Shown: positions 28,046 through 36,562 of the stretch, piece by piece
How positions within the stretch are numbered: position 1 is the first letter of the stretch
Layout of the letters: each line of letters begins with the position of its first letter
Source: a virus
Virus record (IMG/VR): IMGVR_UViG_3300020442_000013
Span: 37,245 to 101,244 of that record
Reading direction: 5' to 3' (one strand)
Length of the DNA: 64,000 nucleotides
Position numbers and translations under genes: made by a program
The notes under the pieces: model-generated
What the model saw: the letters and a program-made list of their open reading frames with translations, nothing else
Told to the model about the DNA's origin: nothing
Database searches by the model: none

Positions 28046-28484
28046 TTAATGGTCCTAGCACTTCATAGCCTTTTATTTGTGCCTTATATTCAGAGTGAAA
28101 TCCTAAATAATAATTTACAAATCCCCTTGCTTTATAAATGGCACATTCATTACGTAAACTCTTTATACCTAAGTGTAATTTAGGATTTTTGTAATCCCAG
28201 GCAAATTGATAACATTCTGCATTTCTATCATCATATATAGATATCATACTCCAAGCTACAAGTTTACCTTCATCAAAATATCCCATTATTTCATTGTCTG
28301 TATATTCACAGTCATGGATAGGCATAAAACTTTTAAACTTTTTGTATCTAGCATATTTGTAATATATTTCATTTAATTCTGGAATGTTTATATCTGTAAG
28401 TATTTTAGAATCTTTGTAAGGTTTATAATTTGTTTTTTTTAAATTTATTTTTGTAAAATATATATCCTCCACTATGTTCTCCAT
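28035..28484 (-). CDS. Arginyl-tRNA-protein transferase C-terminal (ATE_C/Bpt)-like GNAT protein
   Basis: YFDEGKLVAW, FAWDY..PKLHLG..SL..E....KARG...YYLG resembles the ATE_C pattern. Confidence 0.65.
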   Translation of the reverse strand: MENIVEDIYFTKINLKKTNYKPYKDSKILTDINIPELNEIYYKYARYKKFKSFMPIHDCEYTDNEIMGYFDEGKLVAWSMISIYDDRNAECYQFAWDYKNPKLHLGIKSLRNECAIYKARGFVNYYLGFHSEYKAQIKGYEVLGPLNEI

Positions 28485-28942
28485 TCAACTACATCTTCTA
28501 AATTTTGTTTTGACCAATTTTTATAATATCCTTGTTTGCGTAAAATTTTACTTGCTTTATTTAATTTACTTAGTCTTTGTATAAGGACAATGCCGCACAA
28601 TCCAAAGTTCATTTGTACGCCGTTTACTATTTCTACATCATTTGGATGGTCTTCTAAACTTACAATATCTTTAGGCATAGAATATTCGTTTAGCTCTTCT
28701 ATATCTTTTGATAATTGTTCAGTTGTAATGATCTTTTCGTCAAAGTATACGCATACAACTTCATAGTCATCAGACCAGTTGTCACAAACATCTTTGACTG
28801 TGTTTTTGACAGTTGTAGTTTGTATAAAATTTATTTTGTTGGTAATTAGTGCTTGTTTAGCAAAAGGACAAGGTATATGTTCTAAGGTTGAATGGTGTTG
28901 TGATACAAAATTTAGTATCCACTGTTTAATTTTTTCAACCAC
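28472..28942 (-). CDS. CPF-motif protein (DUF1415-like)
   Basis: I..WI..FV......PCPFAK.A, DHP, IQRLS.L..AS. Confidence 0.55.
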   Translation of the reverse strand: MVEKIKQWILNFVSQHHSTLEHIPCPFAKQALITNKINFIQTTTVKNTVKDVCDNWSDDYEVVCVYFDEKIITTEQLSKDIEELNEYSMPKDIVSLEDHPNDVEIVNGVQMNFGLCGIVLIQRLSKLNKASKILRKQGYYKNWSKQNLEDVVEWRT

Positions 28943-28945
28943 ATC

Positions 28946-30871
28946 TTATATACCAGCAAGTTTAAGTACGTCTTGTAACCCTTCTGTCTTTTTGAAAGGT
29001 TTACCAAATGGATCTGTTACAGGACTACCATCTTGGTCTTTATGGTCTTCGCCTTTACTCATTCGTTTAAGTTTGTTGCGTGATTCAGCATCACGTGCTT
29101 GTTTTTCAGTTGAATACACTTTGCCTTTGTACTCCCAGCCGCCATCAACTTTTTTGTAATGATATCTGCCGTAACCTTCTAAAACATGATCTTCAAAAGC
29201 AGTATCAAACTCTTTTTGTTTATGGCCTGCTGTTAATGTAGTCAATCTTTCGATAAATTGCTTTGATGGCTCTATAAACTGTTCTCCGTAATCTTTTTCA
29301 ACTGCTGTTAGTATTGCTGTCTCACCTTTAGGAAAATTATTTGTTTCTCTATCAAACATTGACATAATAAATTCTGTAACAGGTATTTGTGGCTTTTCAG
29401 GTTCGACTTCTATATTACCAAATTGACCCATTGCTTTTTCAAATGTATCATCTATTTCTTCATCGTAATTTGTAAAACCGCTCGGCATACCTCTTGTTGC
29501 TCCGTCTGGACCGCCGCCCATAAAGTAAGGCATTTTTATTACCATACCCGGCATAATCATTGACGGGTCTTTGATATCTGGATTAAGTTCCATTATAGAT
29601 TCAATTGCATCTTTCATTGAATGCCCTTGGAAGTTCTCGTATTTAAATTTTTTGTAAATGCGATACATGTTATCGCCTTCTTTAACTTTGTAAGTTTCTG
29701 CTGGTAAACCTACTTCTAAGTCATCTACTGGACTTCCTTCTTGTACCTTATCGTTTATTCCATTGCCGTCCTTGTCTTCCCACCATGAGCCTGTTTCATC
29801 ATGCGAATCATGTTTACAAGTTGTCGTTGGCATGTGCATTGTATCTCCACAATCACAACAAGTATATTTTTTGTAGCCTTTCATGTAGCCTTCATCAACT
29901 ATATCTTCTAAAGCTATTTCTTTTGCCTTTGTAGCTTCGCTGACTAATTTGTATATGTATGGAAATACATCCTTAAGTTCTTCATTAAACTGTTTGATTG
30001 TTAATTGATCAATCCAGTTTTCTGCAACATCTGAAGGAACATCTTCTAGTACAGGTTCTTCATAAGAATCAAATGCTTCGTGATAATATTTTGTTTTTTG
30101 TAAATTTGTTATTTCTCTTCTAATAGTATTTGCACGTTCTTTTACAACTTCTACATAGTCTTTTAAACTTTCAGCCATCACTGCTGAACGTCCCATGTAT
30201 GATTTGAATTTTTTCAGTTTTGCAAGTTCTTCTGATAAACGTGTAATATGTTTACCAAATTGATCATATGGATTGCCACCTTCCGCAACATGGCGAGCCA
30301 TTGCCCTTGCACCGTTTAGATGTTTATATGGATATTTAAAACGTTCACCTTCTGCACTTTCAATATAAATTGAATTTATATGCTGTGTTCGTCTTTCCGG
30401 ATTGACTGGGTTAGAATGTTTAATTGCTAACCTAGCGCCACCTACATTTTGGTAACTAGTTTTACTTGTTCCGTACATTGTGCTCTCCATAATATCATTT
30501 CTATTTGCGGCTAAAAACTGATAGTCTCTTTTGTCTAAATTTGTTTTATTGATATCTCTTGTATCAAAATTAAGCATACGTTTTTTTGCAAATACTCGTA
30601 TTTCCTTTAAAAAATCGTACCATGCATTTTTTGTAAGTGTATCTTCTTGAGTAACAAAATCATTACTATACATTACAGCAATGTTCTTATCATCTAAACT
30701 GACACTGACTTTTCCTAAATTTCTTCCGCTTTCCATATAGTCAAAGTCAAAATACCTTGCTTCTTTAGGCTTATTTGTAACTTTGCCTTCCATATTTCCA
30801 ATGGTTATAGATGGAAAACGTCCTCTAATTTTATTGAAAAGTTCTTCTGCTATGATATCTAAGTTTCTCAT
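28946..30871 (-). CDS. Late modular protein containing a LysM domain (putative internal head protein)
   Basis: LysM YKVKEGDNMY.I...IMELNP.IKDP.MI.PG..IKMP; GATAAATA 7 nt before ATG 30871; repeated hydrophobic-x-E sites. Confidence 0.6.
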   Translation of the reverse strand: MRNLDIIAEELFNKIRGRFPSITIGNMEGKVTNKPKEARYFDFDYMESGRNLGKVSVSLDDKNIAVMYSNDFVTQEDTLTKNAWYDFLKEIRVFAKKRMLNFDTRDINKTNLDKRDYQFLAANRNDIMESTMYGTSKTSYQNVGGARLAIKHSNPVNPERRTQHINSIYIESAEGERFKYPYKHLNGARAMARHVAEGGNPYDQFGKHITRLSEELAKLKKFKSYMGRSAVMAESLKDYVEVVKERANTIRREITNLQKTKYYHEAFDSYEEPVLEDVPSDVAENWIDQLTIKQFNEELKDVFPYIYKLVSEATKAKEIALEDIVDEGYMKGYKKYTCCDCGDTMHMPTTTCKHDSHDETGSWWEDKDGNGINDKVQEGSPVDDLEVGLPAETYKVKEGDNMYRIYKKFKYENFQGHSMKDAIESIMELNPDIKDPSMIMPGMVIKMPYFMGGGPDGATRGMPSGFTNYDEEIDDTFEKAMGQFGNIEVEPEKPQIPVTEFIMSMFDRETNNFPKGETAILTAVEKDYGEQFIEPSKQFIERLTTLTAGHKQKEFDTAFEDHVLEGYGRYHYKKVDGGWEYKGKVYSTEKQARDAESRNKLKRMSKGEDHKDQDGSPVTDPFGKPFKKTEGLQDVLKLAGI

Positions 30872-30884
30872 TATAATATATTTA

Positions 30885-32465
30885 TCAATAATTCCTACTA
30901 ACGAATATAGGCATAGGTGGCTCATATTCTTCTGATTGTTCTGCTTGTGTGAATGTGTTATATACTCTAGGATCCCAATCTTTTAATACAGCTATCATTC
31001 TAATTGCTAAAAGCGTAGCAGATATCAAGTCATCTGTTGCTCCTGCTTTGGCTCTATAACTAGAACCAGCGGCAACATAATTTTTTAATTCACTTATCAA
31101 AGGTTTACTGTTTACAAACATTTTGTTTGATTCGATCATTGTTTTTAACCTACTGCATGCAGATACCTTAGTGCTGTGAGTAGTATTGAATCCTTTACGG
31201 AATTTTCTAACATGTCCTTTACGCATAGGCTCACTTACAAAAAGTCCTGGTATGTTTTCTTCTCCAAAATCTTGTATGACTAGTAAACATGCTTCGCCTA
31301 TACCGTTGTTCTCAACACTCCAATATATTGATGTGGACGATTTAATTTCTGATTCAATATACTTGCAAACATCTGCTAGTATCCTTACCTGTCCTGGTAT
31401 TCCAGTTGTGTTATGTTGCCATTCAGCTACTTGTTTATAACTTGGCAATTCCCATACTTGTATCGCGGCATTATCACCACCAGTGCCCATACTAGGATCT
31501 AAAGCTACCACATAACTAAATTGCGGGTCAGGTTTTTTATACCAACGTGTTTGCCCCATATTAATTATAGGACTGTCCCCTTCCATGTTAGCAAGATGTA
31601 TTGCATTAATTAGAGTTTCGTCATATACTAAAAATTCGCAACCGTATTCTCGTCTAAATCTTTCTTCGCCGATCCTACCAATTTCTGCATCTTTCCATTC
31701 TTCGTCTCTATCAGGATGTTCGTCCCAATAACTTCTAAAACTATGGAAGCCGTTTATTCCTATATCTTGCTCATTGCCATGTTCATCAAATTTATCTTCT
31801 GCTTGTTTCCATATAGTAGCAAATGTGTCTTCGTCTGAGTTTGGTGTGCTTGTAAGAATTGCACGACCACCTGTTGCGAGTGTAGGAGATATTGATGTCC
31901 AAAATTCTTCTGCTATATTTGGTGCAACAAACGCAAACTCATCACAATACAACAATGAAATACTCATACCTCTACCTGTATTACCAGTTGTAGTTGCACT
32001 AACTATACGAGATCCGTTTTCGAATTCAATTGAACCTTTGTTGTAGTTTACAACACCTGCCCTAATATAGTCAGGGCATAATTCATATACATATCTTATT
32101 CGTTGCATAATCTCTTGTGCGCCTGTATATTTGTGCGCCGCAATTAATATTGTTTGATCAGGATGAAACATTGCATACCAAGCTAGATACACAGCCGCAG
32201 AGGTTGTCTTGCCAGTTTGCCTTGGTAACATGTTTATATTGAATCTGTAATTATGATAACTTGATAATAATCTTTCTTGAAATTCAAAAGGATCAAACAG
32301 AAGTTTACCTTTGACAGGATGTTGTATATATGCAAAATTTTTTGCAAAGTGCATATATCCGTCTTTAGGATCCATACATTTACGTAAATGGTCTACTTGA
32401 TCTTCAGTAAATGTTTCTTTTGTATTGGCTTTTTTGGTTAAGACACCATCTAAACTCTTGCTCAT
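30885..32465 (-). CDS. gp17: Terminase large subunit
   Basis: PRQTGKTT, LLYCDEFAFV, TSTPN, FRREYGCEF, ALDPSMG.G.D, VENNGIG, DDL. Confidence 0.95.
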   Translation of the reverse strand: MSKSLDGVLTKKANTKETFTEDQVDHLRKCMDPKDGYMHFAKNFAYIQHPVKGKLLFDPFEFQERLLSSYHNYRFNINMLPRQTGKTTSAAVYLAWYAMFHPDQTILIAAHKYTGAQEIMQRIRYVYELCPDYIRAGVVNYNKGSIEFENGSRIVSATTTGNTGRGMSISLLYCDEFAFVAPNIAEEFWTSISPTLATGGRAILTSTPNSDEDTFATIWKQAEDKFDEHGNEQDIGINGFHSFRSYWDEHPDRDEEWKDAEIGRIGEERFRREYGCEFLVYDETLINAIHLANMEGDSPIINMGQTRWYKKPDPQFSYVVALDPSMGTGGDNAAIQVWELPSYKQVAEWQHNTTGIPGQVRILADVCKYIESEIKSSTSIYWSVENNGIGEACLLVIQDFGEENIPGLFVSEPMRKGHVRKFRKGFNTTHSTKVSACSRLKTMIESNKMFVNSKPLISELKNYVAAGSSYRAKAGATDDLISATLLAIRMIAVLKDWDPRVYNTFTQAEQSEEYEPPMPIFVSRNY

Positions 32466-32479
32466 ACATGTATTTACTC

Positions 32480-32506
32480 AAAAAAATAGCACCCGAAGGT
32501 GCTATT
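32480..32506 (-). terminator. Rho-independent terminator with cUUCGg loop, abutting the terminase late promoter (GTAAATA 32471-32477)
   Basis: AATAGCACC-TTCG-GGTGCTATT followed by a T run. Confidence 0.85.
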
Positions 32507-32532
32507 GAGTATATAAAATTTTTTGTTTTTTG

Positions 32533-33792
32533 TTATTTCCAGCTATCTGACTTTTTAAGATCGCCTAAAGCCTTTAATAGTGTCTCTTTTACAGCCATTG
32601 GGTTATCGCCTAATTGTGTGGCTGGGAATGATTTTTTAGGTTTGTTAATACCGCCTGCTAAGTCCCTTAACATATAATCGTCATCTTTATATTCAGGATC
32701 TGGAGAATTATCCCATTCGTCCATTAGTGCATGATATTCAGCTTCATCTTCTTCACTGCAACCACAAGGACTAGGACCTTCTTTGTCCATGCCCATTGGA
32801 GGCATATCCATTGATGGCATTGCTTTTATAGCCATCATCTTTGGCTCATCCATTCCTGCATTTTTTAGAATACCTACTAGTTCTGCTACTTCTCTTGCAT
32901 CAGTACCATTCATTGAAATGTTCATTGATGCTTCGTTAACTGTTTCAGCAGCCATCTGTTGTCTATCTGTTTTTGGTTTTGGTGCTGGTTTTTTAGGAGC
33001 CGGAGCTTGTCCTGCACCTGCATCTAATTCTGCTTGATCTGCTCCATCAACACCTGCATTCGCTTGCCCTTGTGCCGCTGCAACATCTGCCTGATCAACA
33101 CCTTGTTGTGATGCTTGAGCCGCCGCTTGATCTGCTGGCACTTCAGTTGCATCTACATCATCTGCTGGTGCATCTGCTGGTGCATCTCCTGGTGTTGCTG
33201 CTGGTGCAGGTTCGGCTGGTTTAGCTGCCTGAGCTGTACCACCTGCTTTTTGTAATGCTTTCATTGTATTAGGACCGGCCTGTCCGTCTGCTTGTAAACC
33301 TTGTGCAGTTTGAAATGCTTTTACTGCCGCAAACGTACCTGGACCATACTTACCATCAATGCCTCCAGGATCATGCCCTGCATCTTTCAATGCCTGTTGC
33401 ATTGCCTTGATGTTATCCATAGGCTTCTTTCCACCAGCATTGTACGCTTTCATTAAGTTTGGTGTTGTAGTATCAAGTCCTCCACCTGCTGGTGCTTGAC
33501 CTTGTGATGCATCGCTTGCACCTGCATCTGCTGTTGCATCTGCTGGTCCGTCTATTCCTTGTTTTGCTGGTACTGGTTTTTTAGCTTTTGGATCTGCTCC
33601 TGTTTGCTGTTGTACACCTTTAGCGACTTCAGCTGCTTGTGCATCGTCCATTCCTAATGTTTTCTTAACAAAACCAGTTAAGTCTTCCCACCAACCTTCA
33701 TCTAGTTGTCCAGCTTCTTTTTTATCTAATAAATCTCTAGTTTCTGTGCCGTAAGCGTCAGCAATTTTAATTAAATCTTTAAAATCTTTCAT
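32533..33792 (-). CDS. Peptidoglycan-binding-domain protein with A/Q/P/D-rich linkers (putative internal head protein)
   Basis: PG_binding_1: IKAMQQALKDAGHDPGGIDGKYGPGTFAAVKAFQTAQGLQADGQAGPNT. Confidence 0.75.
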   Translation of the reverse strand: MKDFKDLIKIADAYGTETRDLLDKKEAGQLDEGWWEDLTGFVKKTLGMDDAQAAEVAKGVQQQTGADPKAKKPVPAKQGIDGPADATADAGASDASQGQAPAGGGLDTTTPNLMKAYNAGGKKPMDNIKAMQQALKDAGHDPGGIDGKYGPGTFAAVKAFQTAQGLQADGQAGPNTMKALQKAGGTAQAAKPAEPAPAATPGDAPADAPADDVDATEVPADQAAAQASQQGVDQADVAAAQGQANAGVDGADQAELDAGAGQAPAPKKPAPKPKTDRQQMAAETVNEASMNISMNGTDAREVAELVGILKNAGMDEPKMMAIKAMPSMDMPPMGMDKEGPSPCGCSEEDEAEYHALMDEWDNSPDPEYKDDDYMLRDLAGGINKPKKSFPATQLGDNPMAVKETLLKALGDLKKSDSWK

Positions 33793-33793
33793 G

Positions 33794-34351
33794 TTATCCT
33801 CCTACAACACTTTTTGCGTTTTCAACATTTTCAATATCTTTTGATTCTCCAGGTTTTACACCTCCTGTATAATCAATATCTCTTTCTGCTTTTGCTGTTT
33901 CTAATTCTTTTAACAAGTCCATAATTCTTGCACCAGCTACATCTTGTTGAGCACTTTCTGATTCAAGTTCTACTGTGTTTAATTTTGATTCATATGGACT
34001 ATCATCTATTTCGCCTTGATATTCTTCAATTGGGTCATGTTCACCTCTAACAATAATATGACTATGTGTTATTCCGCAACAATCTACCAGATACTTTTCT
34101 AGCAAATGAGCAGTAACAGGATAATTAACCTCAGCTTCATAGTGCGTCACTTCCATATTTTGTAATTGTGGGAAATCCAAAGGTTTTTCTGTAATAGGTG
34201 TAGTTTTACCTGCACTTAAATTTTTTACGTCATATTTTTGTAAAGCACCTTCTAAAGTGTTTGCAAAACCTTCAGGAACTTCACCTGCAACACGAATTTT
34301 AAATTTATATGTCTTCTTAGACTCTGTTAAATATTGCTCAAAAGATTTCAT
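33794..34351 (-). CDS. Hypothetical late protein (MKSF..YLTES N-terminus)
   Basis: N-terminus resembles capsid-targeting/processing leaders; GATAAATA at 34380-34387. Confidence 0.55.
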   Translation of the reverse strand: MKSFEQYLTESKKTYKFKIRVAGEVPEGFANTLEGALQKYDVKNLSAGKTTPITEKPLDFPQLQNMEVTHYEAEVNYPVTAHLLEKYLVDCCGITHSHIIVRGEHDPIEEYQGEIDDSPYESKLNTVELESESAQQDVAGARIMDLLKELETAKAERDIDYTGGVKPGESKDIENVENAKSVVGG

Positions 34352-34407
34352 TATTAAACCCCAAATATGTATATAATGTTATTTATCATTAATTACCCAC
34401 TTTTGCT

Positions 34408-34905
34408 TCATTCTTCCATCCTTTTTAATTTTTCAAGTAAACTGTTTCTATCTGTAACAACATAGCCTTCACCTGTAGTTATATTGCCGTTATCTATGGT
34501 ATCGTTATCTAATTTTGACTTTTTAAGCTGTAATTCTATCATTTTTAGCTTTTTGTCCATTTTTGCAACTTTGGCGTCAAGAGATGTCTTAAGCATTCCT
34601 CCAGCCACTTCAAAAACTCTGCCACTATATCTACTCTCCACATTCATACCTAAATCCATAAGATCTTCATACGCATTCAATGCTTTGTCTGCAATCTCAT
34701 TAAGCTCTGTATCTGCCATTTCACCTAAGCCTTTTACAGCTGGCAAAGCACCTGCAATCTTATCAAATTCTGCAATGTCACGCATTACTGGCTCTTGAGT
34801 TTTAAGTGCCATATCTGCTTTATTGGTGTTGATTTTAGTTTCTTCAACTATTTCTTTTGAAGAAGGCAAATTCAATAAATCTTCAAGTTTTTTGGTCATT
34901 GTCAA
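34408..34905 (-). CDS. Putative terminase small subunit (gp16-like)
   Basis: 165-aa helical protein, RVFEVAG.ML motif like gp16 PRAYEV; near gp17; GATAAGTA upstream. Confidence 0.5.
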   Translation of the reverse strand: MTMTKKLEDLLNLPSSKEIVEETKINTNKADMALKTQEPVMRDIAEFDKIAGALPAVKGLGEMADTELNEIADKALNAYEDLMDLGMNVESRYSGRVFEVAGGMLKTSLDAKVAKMDKKLKMIELQLKKSKLDNDTIDNGNITTGEGYVVTDRNSLLEKLKRMEE

Positions 34906-34926
34906 AATCCTTTATATATGTACTTA

Positions 34927-35169
34927 TCATTCCTTAAACTTTTCAATTTGTTCTTTGGTCCACTTATTTCCCTTATAATCTCTTTCTTTAAAAGGTAAAG
35001 GATTGCGGTCTACATATAATTTTCGAGGGCATTGATATTCCTTTAAAGTTCTAGCAAACTCTTTTGTACTATCTCTACATTGATAAAAACAAAGTATATC
35101 TTCATTTACTATCATTTCTTCTTTGATATCACAGGCTAACATTCCTGCCATTGCAAGTTCAATGATCAT
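34927..35169 (-). CDS. Small Cys-containing hypothetical protein
   Basis: 80 aa, four Cys, hydrophobic N-terminus. Confidence 0.5.
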   Translation of the reverse strand: MIIELAMAGMLACDIKEEMIVNEDILCFYQCRDSTKEFARTLKEYQCPRKLYVDRNPLPFKERDYKGNKWTKEQIEKFKE

Positions 35170-35377
35170 ATATATTTGGTCCGTCCTGAGTATAAATTGG
35201 TTTACAATAAGCAGTAATTCTATGTTCTGAAGGTACTAACGAACTATAATTATAATTTCCATACTGCATTGGTATGCGTTTTGCATAATACTGACAAACA
35301 TCAATGCTTCTAAAAATCATAGGCTTAGGTTGTTGTACTTCACCTATAAGAACAACTAATAAAAAAGCATGTATCAT
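35159..35377 (-). CDS. Small hypothetical protein
   Basis: HAFLLVV...F.SID.C.YYA...TAYCKP pattern. Confidence 0.55.
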   Translation of the reverse strand: MIHAFLLVVLIGEVQQPKPMIFRSIDVCQYYAKRIPMQYGNYNYSSLVPSEHRITAYCKPIYTQDGPNIYDH

Positions 35378-35544
35378 TTTCTTCTCACAATCTTTTTATT
35401 TGCTTTTGCTTTTTCTTCTTCTTCCTTTTCTTTATCTTTTTGCTTTGATTGTTCAAATATTTGACCCATACAAAATCCTATTGTATAACATATAATTATT
35501 GTTACACACATAAAACTTACCAGGCCATAATTTACTTCACTCAT
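35374..35544 (-). CDS. Small single-TM protein (56 aa)
   Basis: Hand-read ORF MSEVNYGLVSFMCVTIIICYTIGFCMG followed by a charged tail; overlaps both neighbours. Confidence 0.5.
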   Translation of the reverse strand: MSEVNYGLVSFMCVTIIICYTIGFCMGQIFEQSKQKDKEKEEEEKAKANKKIVRRK

Positions 35545-35755
35545 TTTTATGCTCGCTTTTTTGAAAACGGGGTTTTTCTCTTTGTTCTAGTCTTGCTTTG
35601 AATAATGCTGTAACTTTTGGGTCGTTACAATGTTTGATAAAAGTCAACATGCCAGGGTAGCCGGATCCTTTAAAAATAAGTTTTCCAGCAACGTATACCT
35701 TTGCCCTATTATTTCCTAAAAATAAAATTGCATCTTTGTGTTCATATCTTGTCAA
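35537..35755 (-). CDS. Hypothetical protein
   Basis: 72-aa ORF coupled to gp4. Confidence 0.5.
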   Translation of the reverse strand: MTRYEHKDAILFLGNNRAKVYVAGKLIFKGSGYPGMLTFIKHCNDPKVTALFKARLEQREKPRFQKSEHKNE

Positions 35756-36189
35756 CCTCTTCTGCCTTTATGAAAAATATCCCCTTCTGTAATAACTCTA
35801 AAAAAAATTCTTTTTTGTTTACACCAAGCTCGAGCTGCTTTCCACTTTGCTTGGTTTACAACAAAATGTGCTTTGTTGTATTTACTTCTTCCTAACTTTT
35901 CTTCTAGTGCTTGGTTAGATGGTTTAACTTCAATAAGTTCGACATGTTGTTTGCCTTGTGCATTAACATATGTAATAAAAAAATCTGGTACATAAATTGT
36001 AAATTTTCCTGTCAATGGATTTCTATATGGAATCTTTACTGCTTCACTGGCCCAATTACGCACACTATTATGTTCATCACAAAATTTCATAAAAGCAAAT
36101 TCCCAACTGGACCTATAAGTTGGAACAGTAGTACCTATATACTTTGCGGGATTCTTAAGCGTGTATTTGCCTTGTGCAAACCTTGACAT
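35752..36189 (-). CDS. gp4: Head completion nuclease (T4 gp4-like)
   Basis: NP.KY.G, YRSSWE..FM..CD, WASE...IPY, Y.PDF, EVKP, N.AKW.AA, F.VITE. Confidence 0.92.
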   Translation of the reverse strand: MSRFAQGKYTLKNPAKYIGTTVPTYRSSWEFAFMKFCDEHNSVRNWASEAVKIPYRNPLTGKFTIYVPDFFITYVNAQGKQHVELIEVKPSNQALEEKLGRSKYNKAHFVVNQAKWKAARAWCKQKRIFFRVITEGDIFHKGRRG

Positions 36190-36192
36190 AGC

Positions 36193-36561
36193 TTACACCA
36201 ATATGTTGCGACGTTCTGTTTTGTCTGAAACTTGATCTGCTGTAGAATAACCTATTGAACTAGTAGCGTCTCTATTGAAGTTTAATATTTCAGCAACTAC
36301 ATTACTTAATTGTGCTTCTGACAAACCTTTCAAAGTATCTAAAAGTTGAAATACAGGTATTTCATCAAGTTTAGCTTGCGTCAATAAAACTGTTGCTGTA
36401 GCTCTTGATGCTTCATCACTAAAGCCACGTTTTTCAAAGTAACCTATTACTGCATTGACATCATTAGTTGGAAAGCTGATAGACTTAGTATAATACTTGT
36501 CAAAAAATTCTGTAACTTCTTTATCGCTGTTTGCTGTATTTGTTGATGGTAAACTTGGCAT
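36193..36561 (-). CDS. Hypothetical virion-region protein
   Basis: 122-aa ORF in the tail gene cluster. Confidence 0.55.
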   Translation of the reverse strand: MPSLPSTNTANSDKEVTEFFDKYYTKSISFPTNDVNAVIGYFEKRGFSDEASRATATVLLTQAKLDEIPVFQLLDTLKGLSEAQLSNVVAEILNFNRDATSSIGYSTADQVSDKTERRNILV

Positions 36562-36562
36562 T

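Noticed and set aside
33000-33640. GC-richer stretch with short gcatctgctggt-type repeats
   Set aside because: Explained by the Ala/Asp/Pro/Gln-rich linker of the peptidoglycan-binding protein; not a DNA repeat element.
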